From positions 47,926 to 111,925 of the forward strand of contig JBBRLQ010000026.1 of the NCBI GenBank assembly GCA_038231275.1: 64,000 nucleotides of DNA, in the 5' to 3' direction. The stretch comes from Polyangiales bacterium (lineage in GTDB: Bacteria > Myxococcota_A > Polyangia > Polyangiales > Polyangiaceae). The notes beneath the pieces were generated by a model that was given only the letters and a program-made list of their open reading frames with translations, was not told the origin of the DNA and ran no database searches. Of this stretch, positions 30,207-38,915 are shown piece after piece. Positions within the stretch are counted from its first letter, which is position 1; the number at the start of each line of letters is the position of its first letter. The position numbers were made by a program, and so were the translations under genes.

Positions 30207-31739
30207 ATGCCTGGTGAGGAGCCGCCCTTGACGGCGCCGAAGGACGTGGCGTCGAGCGGCCATGGTGCGGCCATTCGCACGTCCGTGGCGAACGCGTCGA
30301 AGCTCTCGCTCGCGATGGCCATCACGATCCCGCTCGGGTTCGTGGGGCGGATCTTGATCCCGCGCTTCCTCGGGAGCGAGCAGGCCGGAATGCTCTTCTT
30401 CGCCGAGGGCTTCCCGGTGCTCCTCCTCACCTTCATGCCGCTCGGGATCCCGGCGTACATCTCCAAGACGGTGCCGCCGCGCCACGAGCACGCCGCGGAG
30501 ATCCTCTCGCCGATCCTGCGCATCGAGCTGCTCCTCGGCGCCGCGCTGACGGTGGCGCTCATGGCCTTCATGTGGCTGGCGCACTACCCGACGCCGATCC
30601 TGCTCCTCACCGGCGTGATGGCCGCCTACCAGACGCTGTGGATGCTCACGACGGAGATCTTCCAGCCGCTCTTTTTGGCGATCGGGCAGATCAACTTCAC
30701 GACGCTGCTGAACGTCGGCGCGAAATTCGTGGTGACGGCGTGCATCCTCGCGTGCCTGCTCGCGGGCGGCGGGCCGATGGCGCTGGCGTGGGTCTTTTTG
30801 ATCACCCAGTGCGGGATCGTCCTGGCCCTGCTGGGCAAGGCGGGGCGCCTCGGGCTGCGATCGCAGGGAGGCGGCGCGGCGGCGATGTGGCCGATGCTGT
30901 GGGCGAGCTTGCCGTTCTTCGCGGGGAGCGTGCTCGCGCGGACGACCGGGAGCATCGACATCGCGATCTTGTCGCGGATGGGCGGCTACCAGGAGGTCGG
31001 CTTCTACGGCGCGGTGCAGCGCCTCCACGGTCTCTTCATGCTGCTCGTACCCATCGTGCAAAATTCGATGATCCCGGTGCTCTCGCGGGCGTTCGCGCAC
31101 GACAAGGCGCAGTATCGCCTCCTCGCCGGCTCCGGCGCGCGCGCGCTCGCCATCCTGGCGTTTCCACTCAGCGTGGGGATGACCGCCTTCGCGACGGAGA
31201 TCATCGCGGTCGTCTACGGCCCGAGCTTCGCGCCGGCTGCGCACGTCCTCCGCGTCAACGGGCCGCTCCTTCTCCTGTCGTACGTGACCACCTTCATCGC
31301 GATGAACGTCGTCATCACTACCAACGGACGCGGCATGGCGGGGGCGCTCCTCGTGAGCTTCGTCCTGAACGCGCTCTTCGACGTTCTCTTCATCCCGCTG
31401 GGGCGGGCCCACTTCGGGATCGGCGGCGGCGCGGCGGGCGCCCTCGCGTCGACGCTCGTGGTCGAGCTCGTGACGGCCTTGACGCTCCTCTGGCTCGCGA
31501 AGGACAGCGAGCTCCGCGGCCGGACGCTTTTCACGCTCGTCACCGCCGCGGCCCCTTCGGTCGCCTTGGTCGCCCTCGGCGATCATTGGTCCACCCTCCC
31601 GCTGACGATCCGCATCGCGGCGTTCCTGGTCGGCGTACCCGCCTATTTCTTCGCGAGCCGGATGGCGAAGGTCTCGGAGATCGTCGCGTTCGTCGACATC
31701 CTCCGCAAACGGAAGACGGCGCCCGCGACCGAGCCGTGA
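30207..31739 (+). CDS. wzx: Wzx-type polysaccharide flippase
   Basis: About 14 TM helices, PRFLG and D..ILS...EVGFYG...PVLSR. Confidence 0.85.
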   Translation: MPGEEPPLTAPKDVASSGHGAAIRTSVANASKLSLAMAITIPLGFVGRILIPRFLGSEQAGMLFFAEGFPVLLLTFMPLGIPAYISKTVPPRHEHAAEILSPILRIELLLGAALTVALMAFMWLAHYPTPILLLTGVMAAYQTLWMLTTEIFQPLFLAIGQINFTTLLNVGAKFVVTACILACLLAGGGPMALAWVFLITQCGIVLALLGKAGRLGLRSQGGGAAAMWPMLWASLPFFAGSVLARTTGSIDIAILSRMGGYQEVGFYGAVQRLHGLFMLLVPIVQNSMIPVLSRAFAHDKAQYRLLAGSGARALAILAFPLSVGMTAFATEIIAVVYGPSFAPAAHVLRVNGPLLLLSYVTTFIAMNVVITTNGRGMAGALLVSFVLNALFDVLFIPLGRAHFGIGGGAAGALASTLVVELVTALTLLWLAKDSELRGRTLFTLVTAAAPSVALVALGDHWSTLPLTIRIAAFLVGVPAYFFASRMAKVSEIVAFVDILRKRKTAPATEP

Positions 31740-31745
31740 CGTTCG

Positions 31746-32603
31746 CTACAAGCCGAACGCCGCGCGGATCTCGGACATCGGAGTCGGTGAGCGCGCGCTC
31801 ACCATCGCGAGGACGCGATCCTCGGGCACCGTGCGGCTGAACTCGCCGAGCTCCGCCGCCGTCATCGGACGCGCGTCCCAAAACTCGTGGCACAGGTGGC
31901 GATCGAAGCCGTAGTGCCCCGCGGCGTCGATGCCGAGGACCTCGTCGACGAAGATCCCGTAGAGCATGTACTCCGAGAACGTGACGTGTCGCGCGATGCC
32001 GCGCAGCCACGCCGCGCCGCTACGCCCGTTCGACAGGTGCGCCTCGAGCTTCCCGAGCACGTCGCGCCGCCAGAACGGCCCCGGCCCGACGTAGCCGACG
32101 CGCCACGGCCGCGTGGATCTCGGAAGGCGCAAGGCGCGATGACTGATCGCCGCCCACTTCTGGTGATCGGCGCTCGTCTCGTACCAGTCCTTCTCTTCGC
32201 GCAGCATCGGGACCTTGCCGTCCACGACGAACGAGCGCGGGTCGCATGGGCGGACGAAGAAGATGTCCGAGTCGATGAACATGTACGCGTCGGCGTCGAC
32301 GGCGCGCGCGATGGAGAGCTTGACCATCTGCTGCCAAATCCAGCCCCGGATGGGCGGCGTCATCCAGCCGATCCGCGAATTTTTTGGCCACGGCAGACGA
32401 ACGAAGCGTCCTTCGACGATGTCCTCCTGGACGATCACCCGCGTCCGGCGGTTGGCGCGCGCTTGGAAGAGCGCGTGGTCGCTGCGGCTCACGATGATGA
32501 CGTGCTCCACGTCCTCCGGGACGTGCCGCGCGATCGAGTCGTTCAAGAGAAGGCAGCGCTCGTAGTCGAGGTGGAACGACGGCGTGACGATCGCAAAGCG
32601 CAT
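31746..32603 (-). CDS. DUF6492-like protein, probable GT-A fold
   Basis: IVTPSF..D, GWIWQQMVKL, IDSD (DxD) and SEYMLYG. Confidence 0.65.
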   Translation of the reverse strand: MRFAIVTPSFHLDYERCLLLNDSIARHVPEDVEHVIIVSRSDHALFQARANRRTRVIVQEDIVEGRFVRLPWPKNSRIGWMTPPIRGWIWQQMVKLSIARAVDADAYMFIDSDIFFVRPCDPRSFVVDGKVPMLREEKDWYETSADHQKWAAISHRALRLPRSTRPWRVGYVGPGPFWRRDVLGKLEAHLSNGRSGAAWLRGIARHVTFSEYMLYGIFVDEVLGIDAAGHYGFDRHLCHEFWDARPMTAAELGEFSRTVPEDRVLAMVSARSPTPMSEIRAAFGL

Positions 32604-32621
32604 CTTCTCCGCCCTCGGCCT

Positions 32622-33602
32622 CTACCGCGCCGGCCCGAACGTGCGCGCGAGGCACGCCTGATGATCGAGCTTCGGGCTCCAGCCGAGGACCTCGCGCGCG
32701 CGGCGGTAGTCGAATTTGAGCGGCTTCATGCGCGACTCGAAGCGGTTCGGGATGAGGATGCCCGGCACCTTGGTCGCCGTGCGGAAGACGGTGGCGTACG
32801 CGAGGCGAACGGCGGAGATGCCCAGCGCGTACGGCACGGGGAGCCGCAGTCCTTTCTCGCCGGTGCCGCGGAGGTAGTCGGAGAGGTAGCTCCAGATTCG
32901 CTCGCCGGGGCCGTCGACGACGTTGAACGTCTGGCCCTTCGCGCGCGGGTCCGTTGCCGCGAGCGCGAAGAGATCGGCGCAGTTCTCGACGTGCGTGAGC
33001 GGGATGCGCGTCATCGGGCCGATGACGATGTGGTGCCGCCCGATCTGCTGGCCGAGAGCGGCGAGGTACGCGTGGTCTTTGCCCCAGATGAAGCCGGGGC
33101 GCAGCACCGTGAGATCCCAGCCGTGGCGCGCGGCGTAGCGACGCGTGACCTTCTCCTGCCAAAATTTCGCGATCGTGTAGCCGTCGCGACCGAATACGGC
33201 CCGCTCGTCGTGGAGCGGCGCGTCCTCGTCGAGGATGCCGCGCGTGGCGCCAAAATCGTAGACCGAGAAGCTGCTCGCGAGGACCAGGCGCGTGCACGCG
33301 CTCTTGGCCATCGCGTCGAGGAGGCGCTCGGTGCCGGCGACGCCGACCGCGAACTGCTGATCCTCGCCGCCGCTCACCGCTGCAGCCAAGTGAAGGAGCA
33401 CGTCGACGCCTTCGAACGCGCGCTCCAGATCGCGCGCCTCGCGGAGATCGGCGCGGAATACCTCCACCCTAGCCGGCCAGCCGAGATCGTCGACGCGCGC
33501 GGCGGGCCTCACCATCGCGCGCACGCTCTCGCCGCGCGCCGCCAGCGCGGTGACGACGTGGCGGCCGAGAAATCCGCCGGCCCCGGTGACGAGCGCCTTC
33601 AC
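32622..33602 (-). CDS. NAD-dependent epimerase/dehydratase (extended SDR)
   Basis: VTGAGGFLG, HLAA, SS..VY and YTIAK. Confidence 0.88.
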   Translation of the reverse strand: MKALVTGAGGFLGRHVVTALAARGESVRAMVRPAARVDDLGWPARVEVFRADLREARDLERAFEGVDVLLHLAAAVSGGEDQQFAVGVAGTERLLDAMAKSACTRLVLASSFSVYDFGATRGILDEDAPLHDERAVFGRDGYTIAKFWQEKVTRRYAARHGWDLTVLRPGFIWGKDHAYLAALGQQIGRHHIVIGPMTRIPLTHVENCADLFALAATDPRAKGQTFNVVDGPGERIWSYLSDYLRGTGEKGLRLPVPYALGISAVRLAYATVFRTATKVPGILIPNRFESRMKPLKFDYRRAREVLGWSPKLDHQACLARTFGPAR

Positions 33603-34639
33603 GAACGTGGCTCCTTCGGCTTCAGCGCCTCGACCATGCGGTTCACCTCGAGGACGTCGCGCGGCCCGATGGGGAGCGCGGAGTGATCGGCGAGCGCGAG
33701 GTAGGTGCGGCGCAAGTACTCCCACAGGCCCTCGTACGCGCCGGGGCCCTTGAATTTACGGAGGAGCGTGGCGACCGCGGCCTTGCCGATCGCGCGGCCT
33801 TCGTCGAGGCCGTTCCAGAACGGGCGGAGGGGCTTGGGGCCGCCGTGAACGCCGTCGAAGGTCACGCGCGTCTCGAAGAGGTTGGCGCTGGCCTGCTGCT
33901 TTTCGCCGTACACGCGCAGCCAGAACGCATCGGGCTGCGAGCACGCGCTGAAGCCGAGCGCGGCGGTCCCTCCCTCGCAGTCGACGACCGCGCGGAGCTC
34001 GTCGAACGGGAGGATCGACTCGCGGCGCTTCCTCCAGACGGGGTGCGCCTCGCGGTAGGGACCGACGAACGCGTGCGCGAGCGACGCCAGGTGCGGCAAG
34101 AAATCGGCGATGGCTCCGCCGGGAATCTTGAGCACCGGGTTGGGGACGTTGGGATCGGCGAAGCCGCCGGGTCCGAAGATGTCGAGGCAGATCAGCACCT
34201 CGACGTGGACGACCTTGCCCAGCTCGCCGGAGCGGATGCGTCGCTGGATCTCGAGCGGACCGCGGTTGAAGACGTAGTTGTAGTCCTCCGTGAGGCCGAG
34301 CTTCTTCTCCTCCGCGCGCGCGAGCAGCGTGTCGAGCTCGGCGAAGCTCGCGGTGACGGGCTTTTCCACGATGACGTGCGCGCCCGCGTCCAGGCACTCC
34401 ATCGCGATGCGAAAATGCGTCGTCGGCGGCGTGGTGATGTGGACGACGTCGGGTTTCACCTCGCGCAGCATCTTCGCGTGATCGGTGAACCACGATTTGG
34501 CCCCGAAGCGCGCCGCAGCGGCCTCCGCGGTGGCGCTCGAGAGATCGCACACAGCCGCGATCTCGACGCCGGGCAGCTGCCGCAAGCATCCCAGATGTTG
34601 CCGGGCGATCTGCCCAGCGCCCACGAGCGCAGTCTTCAC
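33599..34639 (-). CDS. Gfo/Idh/MocA oxidoreductase
   Basis: VGAGQIA, TPPTTH, VEKP and DFLPH. Confidence 0.88.
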   Translation of the reverse strand: MKTALVGAGQIARQHLGCLRQLPGVEIAAVCDLSSATAEAAAARFGAKSWFTDHAKMLREVKPDVVHITTPPTTHFRIAMECLDAGAHVIVEKPVTASFAELDTLLARAEEKKLGLTEDYNYVFNRGPLEIQRRIRSGELGKVVHVEVLICLDIFGPGGFADPNVPNPVLKIPGGAIADFLPHLASLAHAFVGPYREAHPVWRKRRESILPFDELRAVVDCEGGTAALGFSACSQPDAFWLRVYGEKQQASANLFETRVTFDGVHGGPKPLRPFWNGLDEGRAIGKAAVATLLRKFKGPGAYEGLWEYLRRTYLALADHSALPIGPRDVLEVNRMVEALKPKEPRS

Positions 34640-35883
34640 GTCGAGCCTCCCGTCCCGCCCAGTACCTGATCGAAGAATCCCTCGAGTGACGCCGCCGCCG
34701 CGCTCCACGAGTACCGCGCCACCGCCAGCGTGCGCGCCGCCTCTCCGATCGTCGCGCCGAGGCGCGGCTCGTCGAGGAGCCGGATCACCGCCGCCGCGAA
34801 CGCCGCCGGATCGTCGGCGATGAGGATGTCCTTCTCCGGCGTCGCGTCGATGCCCTCGGCGCCGAGCGTCGTCGACACGATCGCCTTGCCCATCGCCATC
34901 CCCTCCACGATCTTGAGGCGCGTGCCGCTGCCGACGCGGAGCGGGACGACGATCGCCGCCGCCGATGCGAGGCTCGGCCGGAGATCCTCGACGAAGCCGG
35001 TAATCTCGACGCCGGGGCCGGCGAGATCTCGGATCGCCTGGGGGGGGCGCGCGCCGACGATCTTGCAGCGCGCGCTCGGTCGCGCCGCGGCGACCCTCGG
35101 CCAGATCTCGCGAAGGAGGAACGTCACGCCGTCGATGTTCGGGAACGTCGACAGGAGGCCGAAGAAGACGACAGTGCGCCCGTCGGGCTTCGGATCGCTG
35201 TCGCGCGGCTGGTAGTGGACGACGTCGGCGGCGTTGGGGATCAGGACCACGCGCGCCGCTGGGATCTCGGCGTGGATGCGCCGCTCGTCCTCCACGCTGC
35301 AGACGCAGAGACCGTCGGAGCCGCGAAACGCCGCGAGCTCTTCGCGACGCAGCTTGCGCCAGTTGAGCGAGCCGTAGAGGCGCCGCGGGAGGCTGCCGCC
35401 GCTCGCGGCCATTTGCCGGGCGAGATCGTAGGCGACCTCGTGGGTGTCGAGGACGACCTTGGGTGGCTTGGTCCCCGGCGGCGACTTGCGGAGGGCGTAG
35501 TGGGCGGAGAAATGGAACTCGAGGTTCACGACGTCGAAGCGCGTTCGCTCGAGGAGGCGATCGAGCGCCGCCTGGAGGCCTGGCGCCGCGAACTGACGCC
35601 GCTCGAAGCTGTGCATCGACGCGAGCGACCGAAGCTGCTGAACGCGCTTCGCCGCGCCGTTTCCGCCGCGCGGGTTGTCGACGAGCACCACCTCGCGGCA
35701 ATACTCCTTCATCGCGCGCTCGCACGCCTTGGCGTCGAAGTCGCCGTCGACGAGGGACAGGGCGGTGACGTCGTGCCGGCGCGCGAGCTCCGTCAGGAGG
35801 CCGTGCATGCGCGCCTGCGCACCGAACCCCGGCGGGCTGGGCGGAAAGGGAGACACGCTTAGGATCTGGAGACGCCCCGACAC
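34636..35883 (-). CDS. GT4 glycosyltransferase
   Basis: IPNAAD, PNIDG, GFVEDL and GSGTRLKIVEGMAMG. Confidence 0.9.
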   Translation of the reverse strand: MSGRLQILSVSPFPPSPPGFGAQARMHGLLTELARRHDVTALSLVDGDFDAKACERAMKEYCREVVLVDNPRGGNGAAKRVQQLRSLASMHSFERRQFAAPGLQAALDRLLERTRFDVVNLEFHFSAHYALRKSPPGTKPPKVVLDTHEVAYDLARQMAASGGSLPRRLYGSLNWRKLRREELAAFRGSDGLCVCSVEDERRIHAEIPAARVVLIPNAADVVHYQPRDSDPKPDGRTVVFFGLLSTFPNIDGVTFLLREIWPRVAAARPSARCKIVGARPPQAIRDLAGPGVEITGFVEDLRPSLASAAAIVVPLRVGSGTRLKIVEGMAMGKAIVSTTLGAEGIDATPEKDILIADDPAAFAAAVIRLLDEPRLGATIGEAARTLAVARYSWSAAAASLEGFFDQVLGGTGGST

Positions 35884-35988
35884 CGAGCCGCGAGAGATAC
35901 CACAGCTCGGGCCGCTCCGAGGGCCGCGCGGAGGCACGGAGGGCGTGACTCCCGCGCGCATCCATGGTCTGGTTCGATCGGCAAACGA

Positions 35989-37929
35989 ATGTGCGGAATC
36001 GCCGGAATCCTCGGGCGCGTGGGCGACCGAAATCGCGCCGCGCTCCGCCGGATGAGCGCCGCGATGCTCCACCGCGGCCCTGACGCCGACGGCACCTGGG
36101 AGGCTCCGCCCGACGATCGGGGGCGCGGCGTCCTCCTGGCGCATCGTCGTCTCTCGATCATCGATCTGTCACCGGCGGGCGCGCAGCCGATGATCGATCC
36201 GGTCACCGGGCACGTCACGGTCTACAACGGCGAAATCTACAACTACCAGGCGGTGCGCGAGGAGCTCGCATCGGAGGGGCAGAGGTTCGCGTCGACCGGC
36301 GACACGGCGGTCATGCTCCGCGCGCTCTCGGTCCACGGGCGGCGCGCGCTGACGAAGCTGCGCGGGATGTTCGCGCTGGCGCTCTGGGATCCGGCGCGGC
36401 GCGAGCTCCTCCTCGCGCGCGATCCGCTGGGAATCAAGCCGATTTACGTCGCACGAAACTCGGACCCCGACGGAGACTGGTCGATTGCGTTCGCCTCCGA
36501 GGTGCGCGCGATCCTGGCGTCGGGCCTCCTGGGGACGGCGCGCCTCGATCCGCAGGCGGCGGCGTCGGTCGCGTGGAACGGCTTCGTCGTGGGGCCGCGC
36601 ACGGTCGTGGCGGGCGTCGAGCTCCTGTCGTCCGGGGCGGCGCGCGTCTACGACGCGGGGGGAACGCAGGTGGCGTCGGAGGAGTACTGGTCCATGCCGG
36701 CGCCCGGTCACGGATCTCCGGCGACGGAGGCCGAGCTGGCGCGCGCGCTGGAGGAGTGCCTGCGCCTGCACCTCATCGCCGACGTGCCGCTCGGGATTTT
36801 TCTCTCGAGTGGGATCGACTCGTCGGCGGTCGCGAACCTCGCGCAGCGCGCGGCCCCGGGCGGCGTGCGAACGTTCACGCTGGCGTTCGAGGAGAAAGAG
36901 TTCGACGAGGGAGCGTGGGCGAAGAAGATCGCCAAGGCGATCGGCACGCAGCACCAGGAGGTCGTGCTCACCGAGCAGGCGTTCGTCACCGGCCTCGAGA
37001 CCGCGCTCGACACACTCGATCAGCCGACGTTCGACGGGCTCAACTCCTACTTCATGTCGCGCGCCGTCCGCGACGCCGGCTTCACGGTGGCGCTCGTGGG
37101 GACCGGCGGCGACGAGCTCTTCGGCGGCTACACGTCGTTCCGCGATCTGCCTGCGCTCCTCGCGTGGTCCAAGCGCGCGCGCAGGATTCCACGCGGCGCG
37201 CTCGTCGGCCTCGCGCGCAAAGTCGTGGCGACGCTGCAGCCCGAGCGCGGCTCATTCCCGCGGCAAACACGCTGGGCGAAGCTCCCCGACATGATCCGAG
37301 ACGGCGACGATCTGCTCGCCCTCTACCAGCTCGCCTACGCGCTCTTCTTGCCGAGCACCCAGCGCGAGCTCGTCGGCGACGACGCCGCCCGCGCCTTGGT
37401 CGACGGCCTGCCCGCCGAGATGCACGCGCGCGTCGTCCGCGATACGCGCGGGCGATCTCCGCTGTCGGCGCTCAGCGTGATGGAAGAGCGCCTCTTCCTC
37501 GGCGAGCGCCTCCTCCGCGACAACGACGCCGCGAGCATGGCCGCGTCGATCGAGCAGCGCCTGCCCCTCGTCGATCAGGTGCTGTTCGAGACGGTGGATC
37601 GCCTCCCCGAAACCGTGCGCTATGCGCCGGTGAGAAAGAAGGCGGCGCTGAGGCGCGTTGGGCTCGCTGGGCTCGACCCCGCGCTCTTCAATCGCCCCAA
37701 GGTCGGCTTCGTCCTCCCGTTCGACCGCTGGATCCGGCAAGGACTGACCAAGGCCGTCGACGAGACGCTGCGGGATGCCGCGGCGGTTCGCGCGGCAGGC
37801 CTTCGCGCAGAGCCGGTCGAGCGCCTATGGCGAGCGTTCCAGGCCGGCGCGCCCGGCGTATACTGGTCGCGCGTGTGGTCGCTCTACGCGCACGTCCGCT
37901 GGTGCCATCGCCACAAGGTCCTCGCATGA
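35989..37929 (+). CDS. asnB: Asparagine synthetase family amidotransferase 2
   Basis: MCGIAG, HRGPD, NGEIYN, LSSGIDS, GGDELFGGY and EQRLPLVD. Confidence 0.92.
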   Translation: MCGIAGILGRVGDRNRAALRRMSAAMLHRGPDADGTWEAPPDDRGRGVLLAHRRLSIIDLSPAGAQPMIDPVTGHVTVYNGEIYNYQAVREELASEGQRFASTGDTAVMLRALSVHGRRALTKLRGMFALALWDPARRELLLARDPLGIKPIYVARNSDPDGDWSIAFASEVRAILASGLLGTARLDPQAAASVAWNGFVVGPRTVVAGVELLSSGAARVYDAGGTQVASEEYWSMPAPGHGSPATEAELARALEECLRLHLIADVPLGIFLSSGIDSSAVANLAQRAAPGGVRTFTLAFEEKEFDEGAWAKKIAKAIGTQHQEVVLTEQAFVTGLETALDTLDQPTFDGLNSYFMSRAVRDAGFTVALVGTGGDELFGGYTSFRDLPALLAWSKRARRIPRGALVGLARKVVATLQPERGSFPRQTRWAKLPDMIRDGDDLLALYQLAYALFLPSTQRELVGDDAARALVDGLPAEMHARVVRDTRGRSPLSALSVMEERLFLGERLLRDNDAASMAASIEQRLPLVDQVLFETVDRLPETVRYAPVRKKAALRRVGLAGLDPALFNRPKVGFVLPFDRWIRQGLTKAVDETLRDAAAVRAAGLRAEPVERLWRAFQAGAPGVYWSRVWSLYAHVRWCHRHKVLA

Positions 37930-38915
37930 GCTCGCGCAAGTACTGCCTCATCACCCCGTGCCGCGACGAAGCGAAGTACGCGAGGCGCACGCTCGACTCC
38001 GTCACGGGCCAGACCGAGCCCCCTACCCTCTGGGTCATCGTCGACGACGGCTCCAAGGACGAGACACCCGCGATCCTCGCCGACTACGCCGCGCGCTTTC
38101 CGTTCATCCGCGTCGTGACGCGCGCCGATCGCGGCGCTCGGAAGGTCGGCGGCGGCGTCATCGACGCGTTTTACTCCGGGTGGGACACGATCACGCCGAG
38201 CGACTTCGACTACGTCTGCAAGCTGGACCTCGATCTGGATCTTCCGCCCGCCTACTTCGCCGGCCTCATGGACCGGATGGAGGCTGGACCGCGCATCGGC
38301 ACCTGCTCGGGAAAGCCCTATTTTTTCCCTGAAAGCACCGCCGACGACGTCGTCACATTTCCACTGTCCGATCCCAGCTCGGTCGGCCTTGTCTCCGAGA
38401 TGATTGGCGACGAGCACTCCGTCGGGATGACCAAGTTCTACCGAACGAGCTGCTTCGCGCAGATCGGCGGCTTCGTGCGCGAGGTGATGTGGGACGGCAT
38501 CGACAGCCACCGCTGCCGCCAGCTCGGGTGGATCGCGGTGTCGTGGGACGATCCCGCGCTGCGCTTCGTGCATCTCAGGCCGATGGGGACGAGCCAGAAG
38601 AACTGGTGGACCGGCCGCGTTCGCCACGGCTTCGGGCAGTACTTCATGGGCACCGCGCCGGTGTACATGCTGGCGAGCGCGATCTACCGCATGACGCGGC
38701 CGCCGCTCGTCGTCGGCGGCATCGCGATGATGCACGGCTACCTGGACAGCATGGTCAAAGGGAAGCCGCGGTACGGGACGCCGGAGTTCCGGGCGTTCTT
38801 GCGGCGCTACCAGCTCGCGTGCCTCGTGAAGGGCAAGAAGCGCGCGACAGAGGAGCTCGACGCAGAGCAGGCCGCGCGCTGGCATCCGTCGCCAGAGGAC
38901 GCGCCGCGCTCGTGA
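37926..38915 (+). CDS. GT2 glycosyltransferase
   Basis: ITPCRDE, VDDGS and KLDLD. Confidence 0.88.
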   Translation: MSSRKYCLITPCRDEAKYARRTLDSVTGQTEPPTLWVIVDDGSKDETPAILADYAARFPFIRVVTRADRGARKVGGGVIDAFYSGWDTITPSDFDYVCKLDLDLDLPPAYFAGLMDRMEAGPRIGTCSGKPYFFPESTADDVVTFPLSDPSSVGLVSEMIGDEHSVGMTKFYRTSCFAQIGGFVREVMWDGIDSHRCRQLGWIAVSWDDPALRFVHLRPMGTSQKNWWTGRVRHGFGQYFMGTAPVYMLASAIYRMTRPPLVVGGIAMMHGYLDSMVKGKPRYGTPEFRAFLRRYQLACLVKGKKRATEELDAEQAARWHPSPEDAPRS

